DNA from: an uncultured beta proteobacterium
GTDB taxonomy: Bacteria > Pseudomonadota > Gammaproteobacteria > Burkholderiales > Burkholderiaceae_C
NCBI GenBank assembly: GCA_903928635.1
Contig: CAIYRQ010000043.1
Span: forward strand, 1 to 44,691
Direction: 5' to 3'
DNA length: 44,691 bases
Numbering within the stretch: position 1 is the first letter of the stretch; each line of letters opens with the position of its first letter. The position numbers and the translations under genes were made by a program. Of the stretch, positions 1 through 13,187 are shown in pieces. The notes below the pieces were generated by a model that did not search any database, had not been told where the DNA came from, and saw only the letters and a program-made list of their open reading frames with translations.

Positions 1-690
1 ACGGTGGCCGACCACGGCGCAGGCAAGTCTTACCTCGGATTTATTCTGTACGACCTGTTTTTCAAAGCACTCGACACGGGCCGCATCTACGGCATCGAGA
101 CGCGCGCCGAACTGGTGGAAAAGTCGCAGCAGCTGGCACAGCGCCTGGGCTTTTCCCGCATGGAGTTTCTGAACCTGAGTGTGGCGGACTCCACCACCTC
201 GGCGCTGTTGCCATCGCAGATCGACCTGGTCACTGCGCTTCACGCGTGCGACACCGCCACCGACGACGCCATTGCGTTCGGATTGGCCAAGCACGCCCGC
301 GCTTTTGCGCTGGTGCCATGCTGCCAAGCCGAAGTCGCACGCCATTTGGGTGGAAGCAGGGCGCTCATGCTGTCACGCACGCCGCTGGCCGAACTCTGGC
401 GCCATCCCTTGCACGCACGAGAACTCGGCAGTCAGCTGACCAATGTGCTGCGTTGCCTGTACCTTGAGGCCATGGGCTACCAGGTCACGGTGACCGAGCT
501 GGTGGGTTGGGAGCACAGCATGAAAAACGAGCTGATTCTGGCGCGCTACACCGGCCATAAGAAGCGCGCCGCCGCGGAGCGTTTGAAGGCGTTGCTCCAA
601 GAGTTTGGCCTGGAGGCCTTGCTTGACAACCGGTTTACATTGCGCGTCGACAATTCCCTGACAACCACGGCAGATCGTGGCGCGTTGTAA
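1..690 (+). CDS. SAM-dependent methyltransferase (Methyltransf_32-like), 5'-truncated by the window edge
   Basis: Open frame from base 1; DHGAGKSYLG SAM-binding motif I, ALHACDTATD and VPCCQ motifs typical of this family. Confidence 0.8.
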   Translation, partial: TVADHGAGKSYLGFILYDLFFKALDTGRIYGIETRAELVEKSQQLAQRLGFSRMEFLNLSVADSTTSALLPSQIDLVTALHACDTATDDAIAFGLAKHARAFALVPCCQAEVARHLGGSRALMLSRTPLAELWRHPLHARELGSQLTNVLRCLYLEAMGYQVTVTELVGWEHSMKNELILARYTGHKKRAAAERLKALLQEFGLEALLDNRFTLRVDNSLTTTADRGAL

Positions 691-701
691 GCTGCTTACA
701 A
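685..701. promoter_or_regulatory. Perfect palindrome TTGTAAGC-T-GCTTACAA, candidate operator upstream of the lipoprotein gene
   Basis: 8-bp inverted repeat with 1-nt centre, ending 22 bp before the ATG at 724. Confidence 0.4.
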
Positions 702-723
702 ACTAATTTCTCGGAGGAAATCA

Positions 724-1191
724 ATGAAAAAATCCATCACTACCGCCTTGGCCATCGCGGCCATCGTTACCCTGACGGCCTGCGCCAATAGCAGCCCCGA
801 CCTGATCCGACGCGGCGACGCGCAAACCATGTCTTCGATCCAGGATGGCGTTGTCCTTTCCGTACGCGCTGTCACGGTGGATGGCAGCCAGAGCGGTGTG
901 GGTGGCGTCGTTGGCGGCGTTGTGGGCGCCATTGCCGGTTCGGCGGGCAGCGGGGTACAGCGCGAGCAAAACGTGCTCGGCGTCCTGGGTGCGGTGGCCG
1001 GTGCTGCTGCCGGCAACGCCATCGAGCGCTTTAGCACCAAAGAGGATGCGGTGGAAATCATCGTTCAACTCAAAAATGGCGACCGGCGTTCGATCGTGCA
1101 GGCCGTTGGCAGCGAGAAGCTGGCACCCGGCGATAACGTGATCTTGGTCATCACGGGAGGCAAAGTACGCGTTTCCCGCGCCCCCGGCTGA
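724..1191 (+). CDS. Outer-membrane lipoprotein, glycine-zipper 2TM (SlyB/Pcp-like)
   Basis: GGAGG RBS; signal peptide with lipobox LTAC; glycine zipper GGVVGGVVGAIAGS...GAVAGAAAGNAIE. Confidence 0.85.
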   Translation: MKKSITTALAIAAIVTLTACANSSPDLIRRGDAQTMSSIQDGVVLSVRAVTVDGSQSGVGGVVGGVVGAIAGSAGSGVQREQNVLGVLGAVAGAAAGNAIERFSTKEDAVEIIVQLKNGDRRSIVQAVGSEKLAPGDNVILVITGGKVRVSRAPG

Positions 1192-1201
1192 TCCATTGTT
1201 C

Positions 1202-1222
1202 AATCGGGGTCAGATTCCAATT
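1202..1222 (+). repeat. Left box AATCGGGGTCAGATTCCAATT (inverted partner of 2010-2030)
   Basis: 20/21 identical to the reverse complement of 2010-2030; imperfect palindrome; ends 2 nt before the transposase ATG. Confidence 0.85.
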
Positions 1223-1224
1223 TC

Positions 1225-1917
1225 ATGGCACGCCTTCCCCGTTTGAGCATTGCTGGGTATGCCCACCACCTGATTCAGCGCGGCAACAACCGCCAGGTTA
1301 TTTTTGCTAGTGAAGCTGACTGCCGCTTTTTTCTGGACTTGCTGACCGAGCACGCCAAGCAATGCGCCGTGGCGGTGCATGCCTATGTGCTGATGGACAA
1401 CCACTTCCACCTGCTGGCCACACCTTCCACCGATGATGGCTTGGCAAAAATGATGCAAGCGGTAGGACGGCGTTACGTGCGCTACTTCAATGACCGGCAA
1501 AAGCGCACTGGCACTTTGTGGGAAGGGCGGTTCAAGTCCAGTCTGATTCAAACCGAACCTTATTTGCTGGCGTGCATGGCCTATATTGACCTGAATCCGG
1601 TGCGTGCGGGCATGGTGGCGCAGCCCGGTGACTACCACTGGTCGAGTTATGCAAACCACGCGGGCCAGCGACAGGAGCCGTGGCTCACACCCCATCCCTT
1701 GTACTGGGAATTGGGAAACACCCCGTTTGCAAGGGAGATGGCCTATGCCAATTTGGTGCAATCCGGCATTGCTTCGGTGCATCAAAGCGCCCTGACGGAC
1801 GCCACCCTGCGCGGCTGGGCATTGGGCGAGCCCGAATTTGTAGCGGATTTGCAAAAGTACACGTCCCGTCGGGTCAGCAAAACAAAAGCAGGTCGGCCGC
1901 CTTTGACCGACAAATAA
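1225..1917 (+). CDS. Y1 HUH transposase, REP-associated tyrosine transposase (RAYT)/IS200-like family
   Basis: MARLPR...HHLIQRGNNRQVIF N-terminus, HUH motif YVLMDNHFHLL, GTLWEGRFKS, catalytic Tyr in YIDLNPVRAG, YHWSSY; no tnpB nearby. Confidence 0.88.
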   Translation: MARLPRLSIAGYAHHLIQRGNNRQVIFASEADCRFFLDLLTEHAKQCAVAVHAYVLMDNHFHLLATPSTDDGLAKMMQAVGRRYVRYFNDRQKRTGTLWEGRFKSSLIQTEPYLLACMAYIDLNPVRAGMVAQPGDYHWSSYANHAGQRQEPWLTPHPLYWELGNTPFAREMAYANLVQSGIASVHQSALTDATLRGWALGEPEFVADLQKYTSRRVSKTKAGRPPLTDK

Positions 1918-1970
1918 GCCAAATGTAGGTCTTGCCCGGCCACCCACCCGTTTGATGGAACTTAATCAAC

Positions 1971-1984
1971 CTGTCCCCAATTAA
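1971..1984 (+). repeat. Partial third box CTGTCCCCAATTAA
   Basis: 13/14 identical to CTGACCCCAATTAA at 2019-2032, 48 bp upstream in direct orientation. Confidence 0.7.
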
Positions 1985-2007
1985 TCAAACACGTCCGAGG
2001 CCGACTA

Positions 2008-2032
2008 TTAATTGGAATCTGACCCCAATTAA
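2008..2032 (-). repeat. Right box TTAATTGGAATCTGACCCCAATTAA (imperfect palindrome)
   Basis: TTAATTGG/CCAATTAA 8-bp stem; core 2010-2030 is the inverted partner of 1202-1222. Confidence 0.85.
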
Positions 2033-2037
2033 AATGC

Positions 2038-2066
2038 TTGGCACTTTTGTTGCAGTGCGGTATGCT
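2038..2066 (+). promoter_or_regulatory. Candidate gltB promoter: overlapping sigma54 (-24/-12) and sigma70 (-35/-10) matches
   Basis: TGGCAC-N5-TTGCA at 2039-2054; TTGGCA-N17-TATGCT at 2038-2066; AGGAG RBS before ATG 2100. Confidence 0.55.
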
Positions 2067-2099
2067 CCCTACCCTTTTGTTCATTTTCAGGAGTGCGCC

Positions 2100-6836
<4,737 letters not shown>

Positions 6837-6870
6837 AGCACGCCCTACCACCGAACACAGGATCACCATC

Positions 6871-8337
6871 ATGGGAAAAATTACCGGTTTCATGGAGTTT
6901 GAGCGCATCGAAGAGGGCTACAAGCCCGTCAATGAGCGCCTGAAGAACTACAAAGAGTTTGTGATTGGCCTGGACGACGCACATGCCAAGACCCAGAGCG
7001 CCCGTTGCATGGACTGCGGCACCCCGTTTTGCAACAACGGCTGCCCGGTCAACAACATCATTCCGGATTTCAACGACCTGGTGTTCCAGGGCGATTGGAA
7101 AAACGCGATTGACGTTTTGCATAGCACCAACAACTTTCCCGAGTTCACCGGCCGCATCTGCCCGGCACCCTGCGAAGCGGCGTGCACACTGAATGTCAAT
7201 GACGACGCGGTAGGCATCAAGTCGATTGAGCACGCCATCATCGACCGCGCATGGTCCGAAGGCTGGGTCACACCCCAGCCTCCCAAAGCCAAGACCGGCA
7301 AAAAAGTGGCCATCGTCGGTTCCGGCCCGGCCGGTATGGCGGCGGCACAGCAGCTGGCCCGTGTGGGCCACGAAGTGACCTTGTTTGAAAAGAACGACCG
7401 CATCGGGGGCCTGCTGCGTTACGGCATTCCCGACTTCAAGATGGAAAAGTCGCACATCGACCGGCGTGCAGCCCAGTTGCAGGCCGAGGGTGTGACCATC
7501 CGCACCAGTGTGCTGGTGGGCGAAATGCCCAAGGGCTCCAAAGTGACGAACTGGGCCAAAGAAACGATTTCTGCAGCCCCGCTGCAAGCCGAATTTGACG
7601 CGGTGCTTCTGACTGGTGGCTCGGAGCAATCGCGCGATTTGCCAGTGCCCGGCCGTGAACTCGAAGGCATTCATTTCGCAATGGAGTTTTTACCCCAGCA
7701 AAACAAGGTCAATGCGGGCGACAAGCTCAAAGGCCAATTGCGCGCCGACGGCAAGCACGTGATCGTGATTGGCGGCGGCGACACCGGCAGCGATTGCGTG
7801 GGCACCAGCAACCGCCATGGCGCGGCCAGCGTGACCCAGTTTGAGGTCATGCCCCAACCGCCGGAAGAAGAAAACCGGCCCATGACCTGGCCCTACTGGC
7901 CGCTGAAACTGCGCACCAGTTCCAGCCACGAAGAGGGTTGCGTGCGTGAGTTCGCGGTCTCGACCAAAGCCTTTACCGGCGAAAAAGGCAAGGTCACCGG
8001 CCTGACCACGGTGCAGGTCGAGTTCAAAGACGGCAAGCTCACAGAGATCCCTGGAACCGAAAAGCACCACCAGGCAGACCTCGTGTTGCTGGCCATGGGT
8101 TTTGTGAATCCGGTGGCAACCGTCTTAGACGCCTTCGGCGTAGACAAAGATGCGCGCGCCAATGCCAAAGCCAGCACCGACGAGCGCGGTGGCTATGCCA
8201 CCAATGTCAAGAAAGTGTTTGCCGCAGGTGATATGCGCCGTGGCCAGTCGCTGGTGGTGTGGGCAATTCGCGAAGGCCGCCAGGCTGCGCGCGCGGTGGA
8301 CACCTTTCTGATGGGGCGCAGCGATCTGCCGCGTTAA
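6871..8337 (+). CDS. gltD: Glutamate synthase small subunit
   Basis: MGKITGF start, [15 protein letters not shown] and [12 protein letters not shown] Fe-S motifs, GSGPAG and GGGDTGSDC dinucleotide motifs; follows gltB. Confidence 0.97.
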   Translation: MGKITGFMEFERIEEGYKPVNERLKNYKEFVIGLDDAHAKTQSARCMDCGTPFCNNGCPVNNIIPDFNDLVFQGDWKNAIDVLHSTNNFPEFTGRICPAPCEAACTLNVNDDAVGIKSIEHAIIDRAWSEGWVTPQPPKAKTGKKVAIVGSGPAGMAAAQQLARVGHEVTLFEKNDRIGGLLRYGIPDFKMEKSHIDRRAAQLQAEGVTIRTSVLVGEMPKGSKVTNWAKETISAAPLQAEFDAVLLTGGSEQSRDLPVPGRELEGIHFAMEFLPQQNKVNAGDKLKGQLRADGKHVIVIGGGDTGSDCVGTSNRHGAASVTQFEVMPQPPEEENRPMTWPYWPLKLRTSSSHEEGCVREFAVSTKAFTGEKGKVTGLTTVQVEFKDGKLTEIPGTEKHHQADLVLLAMGFVNPVATVLDAFGVDKDARANAKASTDERGGYATNVKKVFAAGDMRRGQSLVVWAIREGRQAARAVDTFLMGRSDLPR

Positions 8338-8457
8338 TTCAGTACCCTTTGTCGGTGGCGCCGCACCTGTTAGCGTCAACCCTTCGTAAAGGCCTGTGGG
8401 TGGGCGCCAGATTATTCGGGTAATCCCGTATGATCGGCGCTCATTTTGCTTGTCACC

Positions 8458-9273
8458 ATGCCAACTTTCCCCGATGCCCTCGTTGAACTCAATCACCTAA
8501 CCTTTGGTTACGGTGAGCGCGTCATCCTGGACGACGTGTCGATGCAAGTTCCGCGCGGCAAGGTGACGGCGCTGATGGGAGCGTCTGGCGGCGGAAAAAC
8601 AACCATCCTGCGTTTGATCGGCGGCCAAAACCGCGCCCAGTCCGGCACATTGCTGTTTGACGGGCAAGACATCACGCCCATGCACCAAAAAGAGCTGTAT
8701 GCTGCGCGCCGCCGCATGGGCATGCTGTTTCAGTTCGGTGCGTTGTTTGCTGATTTGTCGGTGTATGAGAACGTGGCTTTTCCACTGCGCGAGCACACCG
8801 ATCTGTCCGAAGCATTGATCCGCGACATCGTGTTGATGAAGCTCAACGCAGTCGGTTTGCGTGGTGCGCGTGACCTCATGCCCAGCGAGGTATCCGGCGG
8901 TATGGCGCGGCGCGTTGCATTGGCACGGGCTATTGCGTTGGATCCGGAGCTTGTGATGTATGACGAGCCTTTCTCCGGACTTGACCCGATTTCTCTGGGC
9001 ACCGCGGCGCATTTGATTCGCCAACTCAACGACACCATGGGCTTGACCAGTATTTTTGTGTCGCACGAGCTGGAGCAAACCTTTGCGATCGCCGACCACG
9101 TGGTGATTCTGGCCAACGGCAAAGTGGCAGTTCAGGGCACGCCCGACGAAGTGCGCAACAGCACTGATCCACTGGTCTACCAGTATGTGCACGCCTTGGC
9201 GGACGGACCGGTGCGGTTTCATTACCCCAGCGTCAGCGTGCAAGACGACTTTGGACCGGAGCGTGCAGCATGA
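8458..9273 (+). CDS. mlaF: Phospholipid asymmetry ABC transporter ATPase
   Basis: Walker A GASGGGKT, VSGGMARRVALARA signature, YDEPFSGLDP; first gene of mla cluster. Confidence 0.92.
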   Translation: MPTFPDALVELNHLTFGYGERVILDDVSMQVPRGKVTALMGASGGGKTTILRLIGGQNRAQSGTLLFDGQDITPMHQKELYAARRRMGMLFQFGALFADLSVYENVAFPLREHTDLSEALIRDIVLMKLNAVGLRGARDLMPSEVSGGMARRVALARAIALDPELVMYDEPFSGLDPISLGTAAHLIRQLNDTMGLTSIFVSHELEQTFAIADHVVILANGKVAVQGTPDEVRNSTDPLVYQYVHALADGPVRFHYPSVSVQDDFGPERAA

Positions 9274-10052
9274 GCGGATTCCATCCCCGCAACGTTGGCT
9301 ATGCGGTGCGCCGCCAGGTGGCGGACATCGGCCATGGTGCGCGCCTGTTTTTTCGTCTGCTCACCACACTGCCGGACAGCTTGCGCCGTTTTGCGCTGGT
9401 GCGCGACCAAATTCACTTTCTCGGCAACTACTCGCTGGTCATCATTGCAGTGTCTGGCCTGTTTGTTGGCTTTGTTTTTGGACTGCAGGGCTACTACACG
9501 CTGCAGCGTTACGGCTCCTCCGAGGCGCTGGGTCTGTTGGTGGCGCTGAGTTTGGTGCGTGAACTCGGGCCGGTGGTCACGGCTTTGCTTTTTGCCGGGC
9601 GCGCCGGAACTTCACTCACTGCGGAAATTGGCTTGATGAAAGCGGGCGAACAAATCAGTGTGATGGAGATGATGGCCGTCGACCCGGTCTTGCGTGTCTT
9701 GGCACCTCGCTTTTGGGCGGGTGTGATCACCATGCCGCTGCTGGCGGCAGTGTTCAGCGCCATGGGCATTATTGGCGGCTGGGTCGTGGGGGTGCTCATG
9801 ATCGGTGTGGATTCGGGCTCCTTCTGGAGTCAAATCCAGGGCGGCGTGGACGTATGGCGCGACGTGGGCAACGGCATCATCAAAAGTGTGGTGTTCGGCT
9901 TCACCGTGACATTTGTGGCTTTGTTGCAAGGATTTGAGGCCCAGCCCACGCCGGAAGGTGTGGCCAGCGCCACGACCCGCACGGTGGTGGTGGCCTCTTT
10001 GGCAGTATTGGCGTTGGACTTTATCCTGACCGCCATGATGTTTACGATTTAA
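9270..10052 (+). CDS. mlaE: Mla ABC transporter permease
   Basis: LVRELGPVVTALLFAGRAG...AEIGLMK motif, EGVASATTRTVV; ATGA overlap with mlaF. Confidence 0.93.
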   Translation: MSGFHPRNVGYAVRRQVADIGHGARLFFRLLTTLPDSLRRFALVRDQIHFLGNYSLVIIAVSGLFVGFVFGLQGYYTLQRYGSSEALGLLVALSLVRELGPVVTALLFAGRAGTSLTAEIGLMKAGEQISVMEMMAVDPVLRVLAPRFWAGVITMPLLAAVFSAMGIIGGWVVGVLMIGVDSGSFWSQIQGGVDVWRDVGNGIIKSVVFGFTVTFVALLQGFEAQPTPEGVASATTRTVVVASLAVLALDFILTAMMFTI

Positions 10053-10073
10053 CGGTGACTAGAAAGGTGTTGC

Positions 10074-10553
10074 ATGCAGCGCTCTAAAAATGATGTGTGG
10101 GTAGGGCTGTTTGTGCTGATCGGGGCCGTTGCTATTTTGTTTCTGGCACTGCAGTCGGCCAATTTGCTGAGTTTGAGCTTCCAAAAAACCTATGCGGTGA
10201 CGGCGAAGTTTGACAACGTGGGCGGTCTCAAACCCAAGGCCGCCGTACGCAGCGCAGGAGTGGTCGTGGGCCGGGTGGAAAAAATCGTGTTCGACGACAA
10301 GTCCTTCCAGGCGCGCGTGGTACTGGCCATGGAGAGCCGCTATGTGTTCCCCAAAGACAGCTCGCTCAAAATTCTCACCAGCGGCCTGCTCGGCGAGCAG
10401 TACCTGGGGATTGAGGCCGGAGCGTCCGATGAAGTGCTGGCTGCGGGCGACACCATTTCCAGCACCCAGTCGGCGGTGGTGCTCGAGAGTTTGATCAGCC
10501 AGTTTCTGTACAGCAAGGCTGCTGATGGCGCCGGGCCGAAGGCGGCAGATTGA
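10074..10553 (+). CDS. mlaD: MCE-domain lipid-binding protein
   Basis: VGLFVLIG TM, FDNVGGLK, AGVVVGRV, ILTSGLLGEQYL. Confidence 0.93.
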   Translation: MQRSKNDVWVGLFVLIGAVAILFLALQSANLLSLSFQKTYAVTAKFDNVGGLKPKAAVRSAGVVVGRVEKIVFDDKSFQARVVLAMESRYVFPKDSSLKILTSGLLGEQYLGIEAGASDEVLAAGDTISSTQSAVVLESLISQFLYSKAADGAGPKAAD

Positions 10554-10557
10554 GCCT

Positions 10558-11295
10558 ATGGCATTGACGGGCTTGCGCACAAAGCATTGGCTGGCACATG
10601 CTGCGATCGGGGCAGCGGCCAGCCTGTTTTGCGTATGCAGCCAGGCGCAGTCGTCCCAGCCCGATCCACGCGATCCTTTGGAGTCGATCAACCGTGCGGT
10701 GTATTCTTTTAACGACGTGCTAGACCGTGCCGTGATCCGACCGGTGGCCAATGCCTATGTCAAAGCGGCGCCGCATTGGGTGCGCAAGGGTGTGACCAAT
10801 TTCTTTGGCAATCTTGGCGACGTTTGGTACGCCGTGAACAATGCCATCACCTTGAAACGGCAAGCTGCGAGCGACAGCGTGGGGCGCGTCATGATCAACA
10901 GCACGCTGGGCGTCTTGGGCTTGATTGATGTGGCCAGCGATATGAATATTGAAAAGCATCCTGCGGACTTTGGCTTGACGCTAGGGCGCTGGGGTGTCAG
11001 CCCAGGTCCTTATGTCGTGGTACCCGTTTTGGGCCCCTATACCTTGCGTGAGGTAGTGGCTTGGCCGGTGGATTACCAAGGAAATTTGGTGTCACACGTC
11101 CAAGACATGCCCACGCGTGATGGATTGACGGCCCTCAGTGCGCTTGATTTACGGGCGAGTTTCCTCAAGGCCGGTGAGGTTATAGACGGTGCGGCGCTGG
11201 ACGCCTACTCCTTCACCCGGGATTCTTATTTTCAGCGGCAGCGCTACCGCCTCTACGATGGTGAGGAGCCTGACAGTCCCGAGCCTGCGCCGTAA
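10558..11295 (+). CDS. mlaA: MlaA/VacJ family outer-membrane protein
   Basis: DPLESINRAVYSFN, INSTLGVLGLIDVA, DFGLTLGRWGV, GPYVVVPVLGP; start approximate. Confidence 0.9.
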   Translation: MALTGLRTKHWLAHAAIGAAASLFCVCSQAQSSQPDPRDPLESINRAVYSFNDVLDRAVIRPVANAYVKAAPHWVRKGVTNFFGNLGDVWYAVNNAITLKRQAASDSVGRVMINSTLGVLGLIDVASDMNIEKHPADFGLTLGRWGVSPGPYVVVPVLGPYTLREVVAWPVDYQGNLVSHVQDMPTRDGLTALSALDLRASFLKAGEVIDGAALDAYSFTRDSYFQRQRYRLYDGEEPDSPEPAP

Positions 11296-11321
11296 AATTG
11301 AGCTGCAACACAAGGAAGTTT

Positions 11322-11957
11322 ATGAATCGTCAGCTATTTATCCGCCTAGCCGCAACGCTTGGCATGGCCGCGGTGCTGTTTGCGGGCCGGGCGTGGGCCG
11401 ATGACGAGGCACCGGACGCGTTCATCAAGCGTGTCTCAGTGGACGTGCTCGATACCATCAAGGCCGACAAGGCGATGCGCAGCGGAGACATTCCCCGCAT
11501 CGTGACCCTCGTGGATACGCGCATCATGCCGCACGTGGATTTTCAGCGCATGACCGCCTCGGCCGTGGGCCCGGGTTGGCGACAGGCCACACCTGAGCAG
11601 CAAAAGCGCTTGCAAGATGAGTTCAAGATTTTGTTGGTGCGCACCTATGCGGGTGCCCTTTCGCAAGTGAGCGACCAAGTGGTTGTCATTAAGCCATTGC
11701 GTGCATCTCCCGAGGACAAAGAACTGGTCGTCAAGACCGAAGTGCGCGGTGGCGGCGACCCAATCCAGTTGGATTACCGGCTTGAAAAGACACCGGGCCA
11801 GGGTTCGGGCTGGCGCATCTACAACCTCAATGTGTTGGGCGTGTGGTTGGTGGAAACTTACAAAAGCCAGTTTGCCCAGGAAATCAACGCCAAAGGCATT
11901 GATGGCTTGATTGAGTCGCTGGCCACGCGCAACAAAACGAACAGCAAAAAGGTCTGA
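11322..11957 (+). CDS. mlaC: Periplasmic phospholipid shuttle (Ttg2D/MlaC)
   Basis: Signal peptide, DFQRMTASAVG, LLVRTY, WRIYNLNVLGVWLVETYKSQF. Confidence 0.92.
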   Translation: MNRQLFIRLAATLGMAAVLFAGRAWADDEAPDAFIKRVSVDVLDTIKADKAMRSGDIPRIVTLVDTRIMPHVDFQRMTASAVGPGWRQATPEQQKRLQDEFKILLVRTYAGALSQVSDQVVVIKPLRASPEDKELVVKTEVRGGGDPIQLDYRLEKTPGQGSGWRIYNLNVLGVWLVETYKSQFAQEINAKGIDGLIESLATRNKTNSKKV

Positions 11958-11958
11958 G

Positions 11959-12225
11959 GTGTTGCAACTTCCAGCTTCCTTGACGCATGACCAGGCCTCC
12001 GCTTGCTTGCGAGAACTGGGCCAAGCGCTGAAGTCCGAGGCAAGCCCTGCGGTGTTGAACGCTACGGCATTGACCAGCTTTGATTCGTCCGCGCTGGCAG
12101 TCTTACTGGAACTGCAACGGGCAGGTGCGCGGCTGAACAAAAAAGTCGTAGTGCAGGGGCTGTCCGATCGGTTGATGGCCCTGGCAACCCTTTATGGCGT
12201 AGAGGCACTGCTTGGTGGCGCGTAA
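11959..12225 (+). CDS. mlaB: STAS-domain Mla subunit
   Basis: FDSSALAVLL and LATLYGV STAS motifs; GTG start 1 nt after mlaC stop (start inferred). Confidence 0.85.
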   Translation: MLQLPASLTHDQASACLRELGQALKSEASPAVLNATALTSFDSSALAVLLELQRAGARLNKKVVVQGLSDRLMALATLYGVEALLGGA

Positions 12226-12239
12226 AATCGCGCCTTCCC

Positions 12240-13187
12240 ATGCTTGCTATCTCTTTCCAATCCATCTCCAAAGCCTATTCGTCCCCCAAAGGACCGCCCG
12301 GCAGCAAATTCCTCGCAGTGGACGACGTCAGCCTCGGTATTGAGGAAGGCGAGTTTTTCGGCCTGCTCGGCCCCAATGGCGCGGGCAAAACCACCATGAT
12401 CAGCATGCTGGCGGGCCTGACCCGTCCGACGTCTGGCTCTGCGAGTGTGCTGGGAAGTGACGTTCAAAAAGACTTTGCAGCCGCGCGCCGCAAGCTCGGC
12501 GTGGTGCCGCAGGAGTTGGTGTTTGACCCGTTTTTCAATGTGCGCGAGGCCTTGCGCATCCAGTCCGGCTATTTCGGCGTCAAGAACAACGACGCCTGGA
12601 TCGACGAGTTGCTGGAAAGCCTGGGCCTGGCCGACAAAGCCAACGCCAACATGCGCCAGCTCTCCGGTGGCATGAAGCGCCGGGTACTGGTCGCACAGGC
12701 GCTGGTGCACAAGCCACCGGTCATCGTGCTTGACGAACCCACCGCCGGTGTCGACGTGGAGCTGCGCCAAACGCTGTGGCAGTTCATTGCCAAGCTCAAC
12801 AAAGAAGGCCACACCGTGCTGCTGACCACGCACTACCTGGAAGAGGCCGAAGCCTTGTGTGGTCGCATCGCCATGCTCAAGTCCGGGCGCATTGTGGCCC
12901 TGGACCACACCAGCACCCTGCTCAAGGCGGCCTCCAGCAATGTGCTGCGCTTCAAGGTGGACGGCGCTTTACCCCCGGCGTTGGCTGCACAGGCCCGCGT
13001 GACCGGTCGTATCGTGCAATTTCCGGCGCATGACGCACTGGAAATTGAGCGCTTTTTGGCGGCCGTGCGGGAGTCGGGCTTGGTGGCGCAGGACGTGGAA
13101 ATTCGCAAGGCAGACCTGGAAGATGTGTTTTTGGATGTGATGCAAAAGCACTCAGGCCAGACTGCGGCAGCGGAGGTGGCAGCATGA
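12240..13187 (+). CDS. ABC transporter ATP-binding protein (YadG-like)
   Basis: GPNGAGKTT, LSGGMKRR, LDEPTAGVD, TTHYLEEAE. Confidence 0.9.
   Translation: MLAISFQSISKAYSSPKGPPGSKFLAVDDVSLGIEEGEFFGLLGPNGAGKTTMISMLAGLTRPTSGSASVLGSDVQKDFAAARRKLGVVPQELVFDPFFNVREALRIQSGYFGVKNNDAWIDELLESLGLADKANANMRQLSGGMKRRVLVAQALVHKPPVIVLDEPTAGVDVELRQTLWQFIAKLNKEGHTVLLTTHYLEEAEALCGRIAMLKSGRIVALDHTSTLLKAASSNVLRFKVDGALPPALAAQARVTGRIVQFPAHDALEIERFLAAVRESGLVAQDVEIRKADLEDVFLDVMQKHSGQTAAAEVAA

Noticed and set aside
1925-1941. GTAG followed by a weak GGTC/GGCC stem after the transposase, resembling a classical REP
   Set aside because: Only 4 bp of pairing and no second copy seen in the window
1964-1995. AATCAA elements as possible IHF sites for the sigma54 promoter
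   Set aside because: Neither has the TTR needed by the WATCAANNNNTTR consensus
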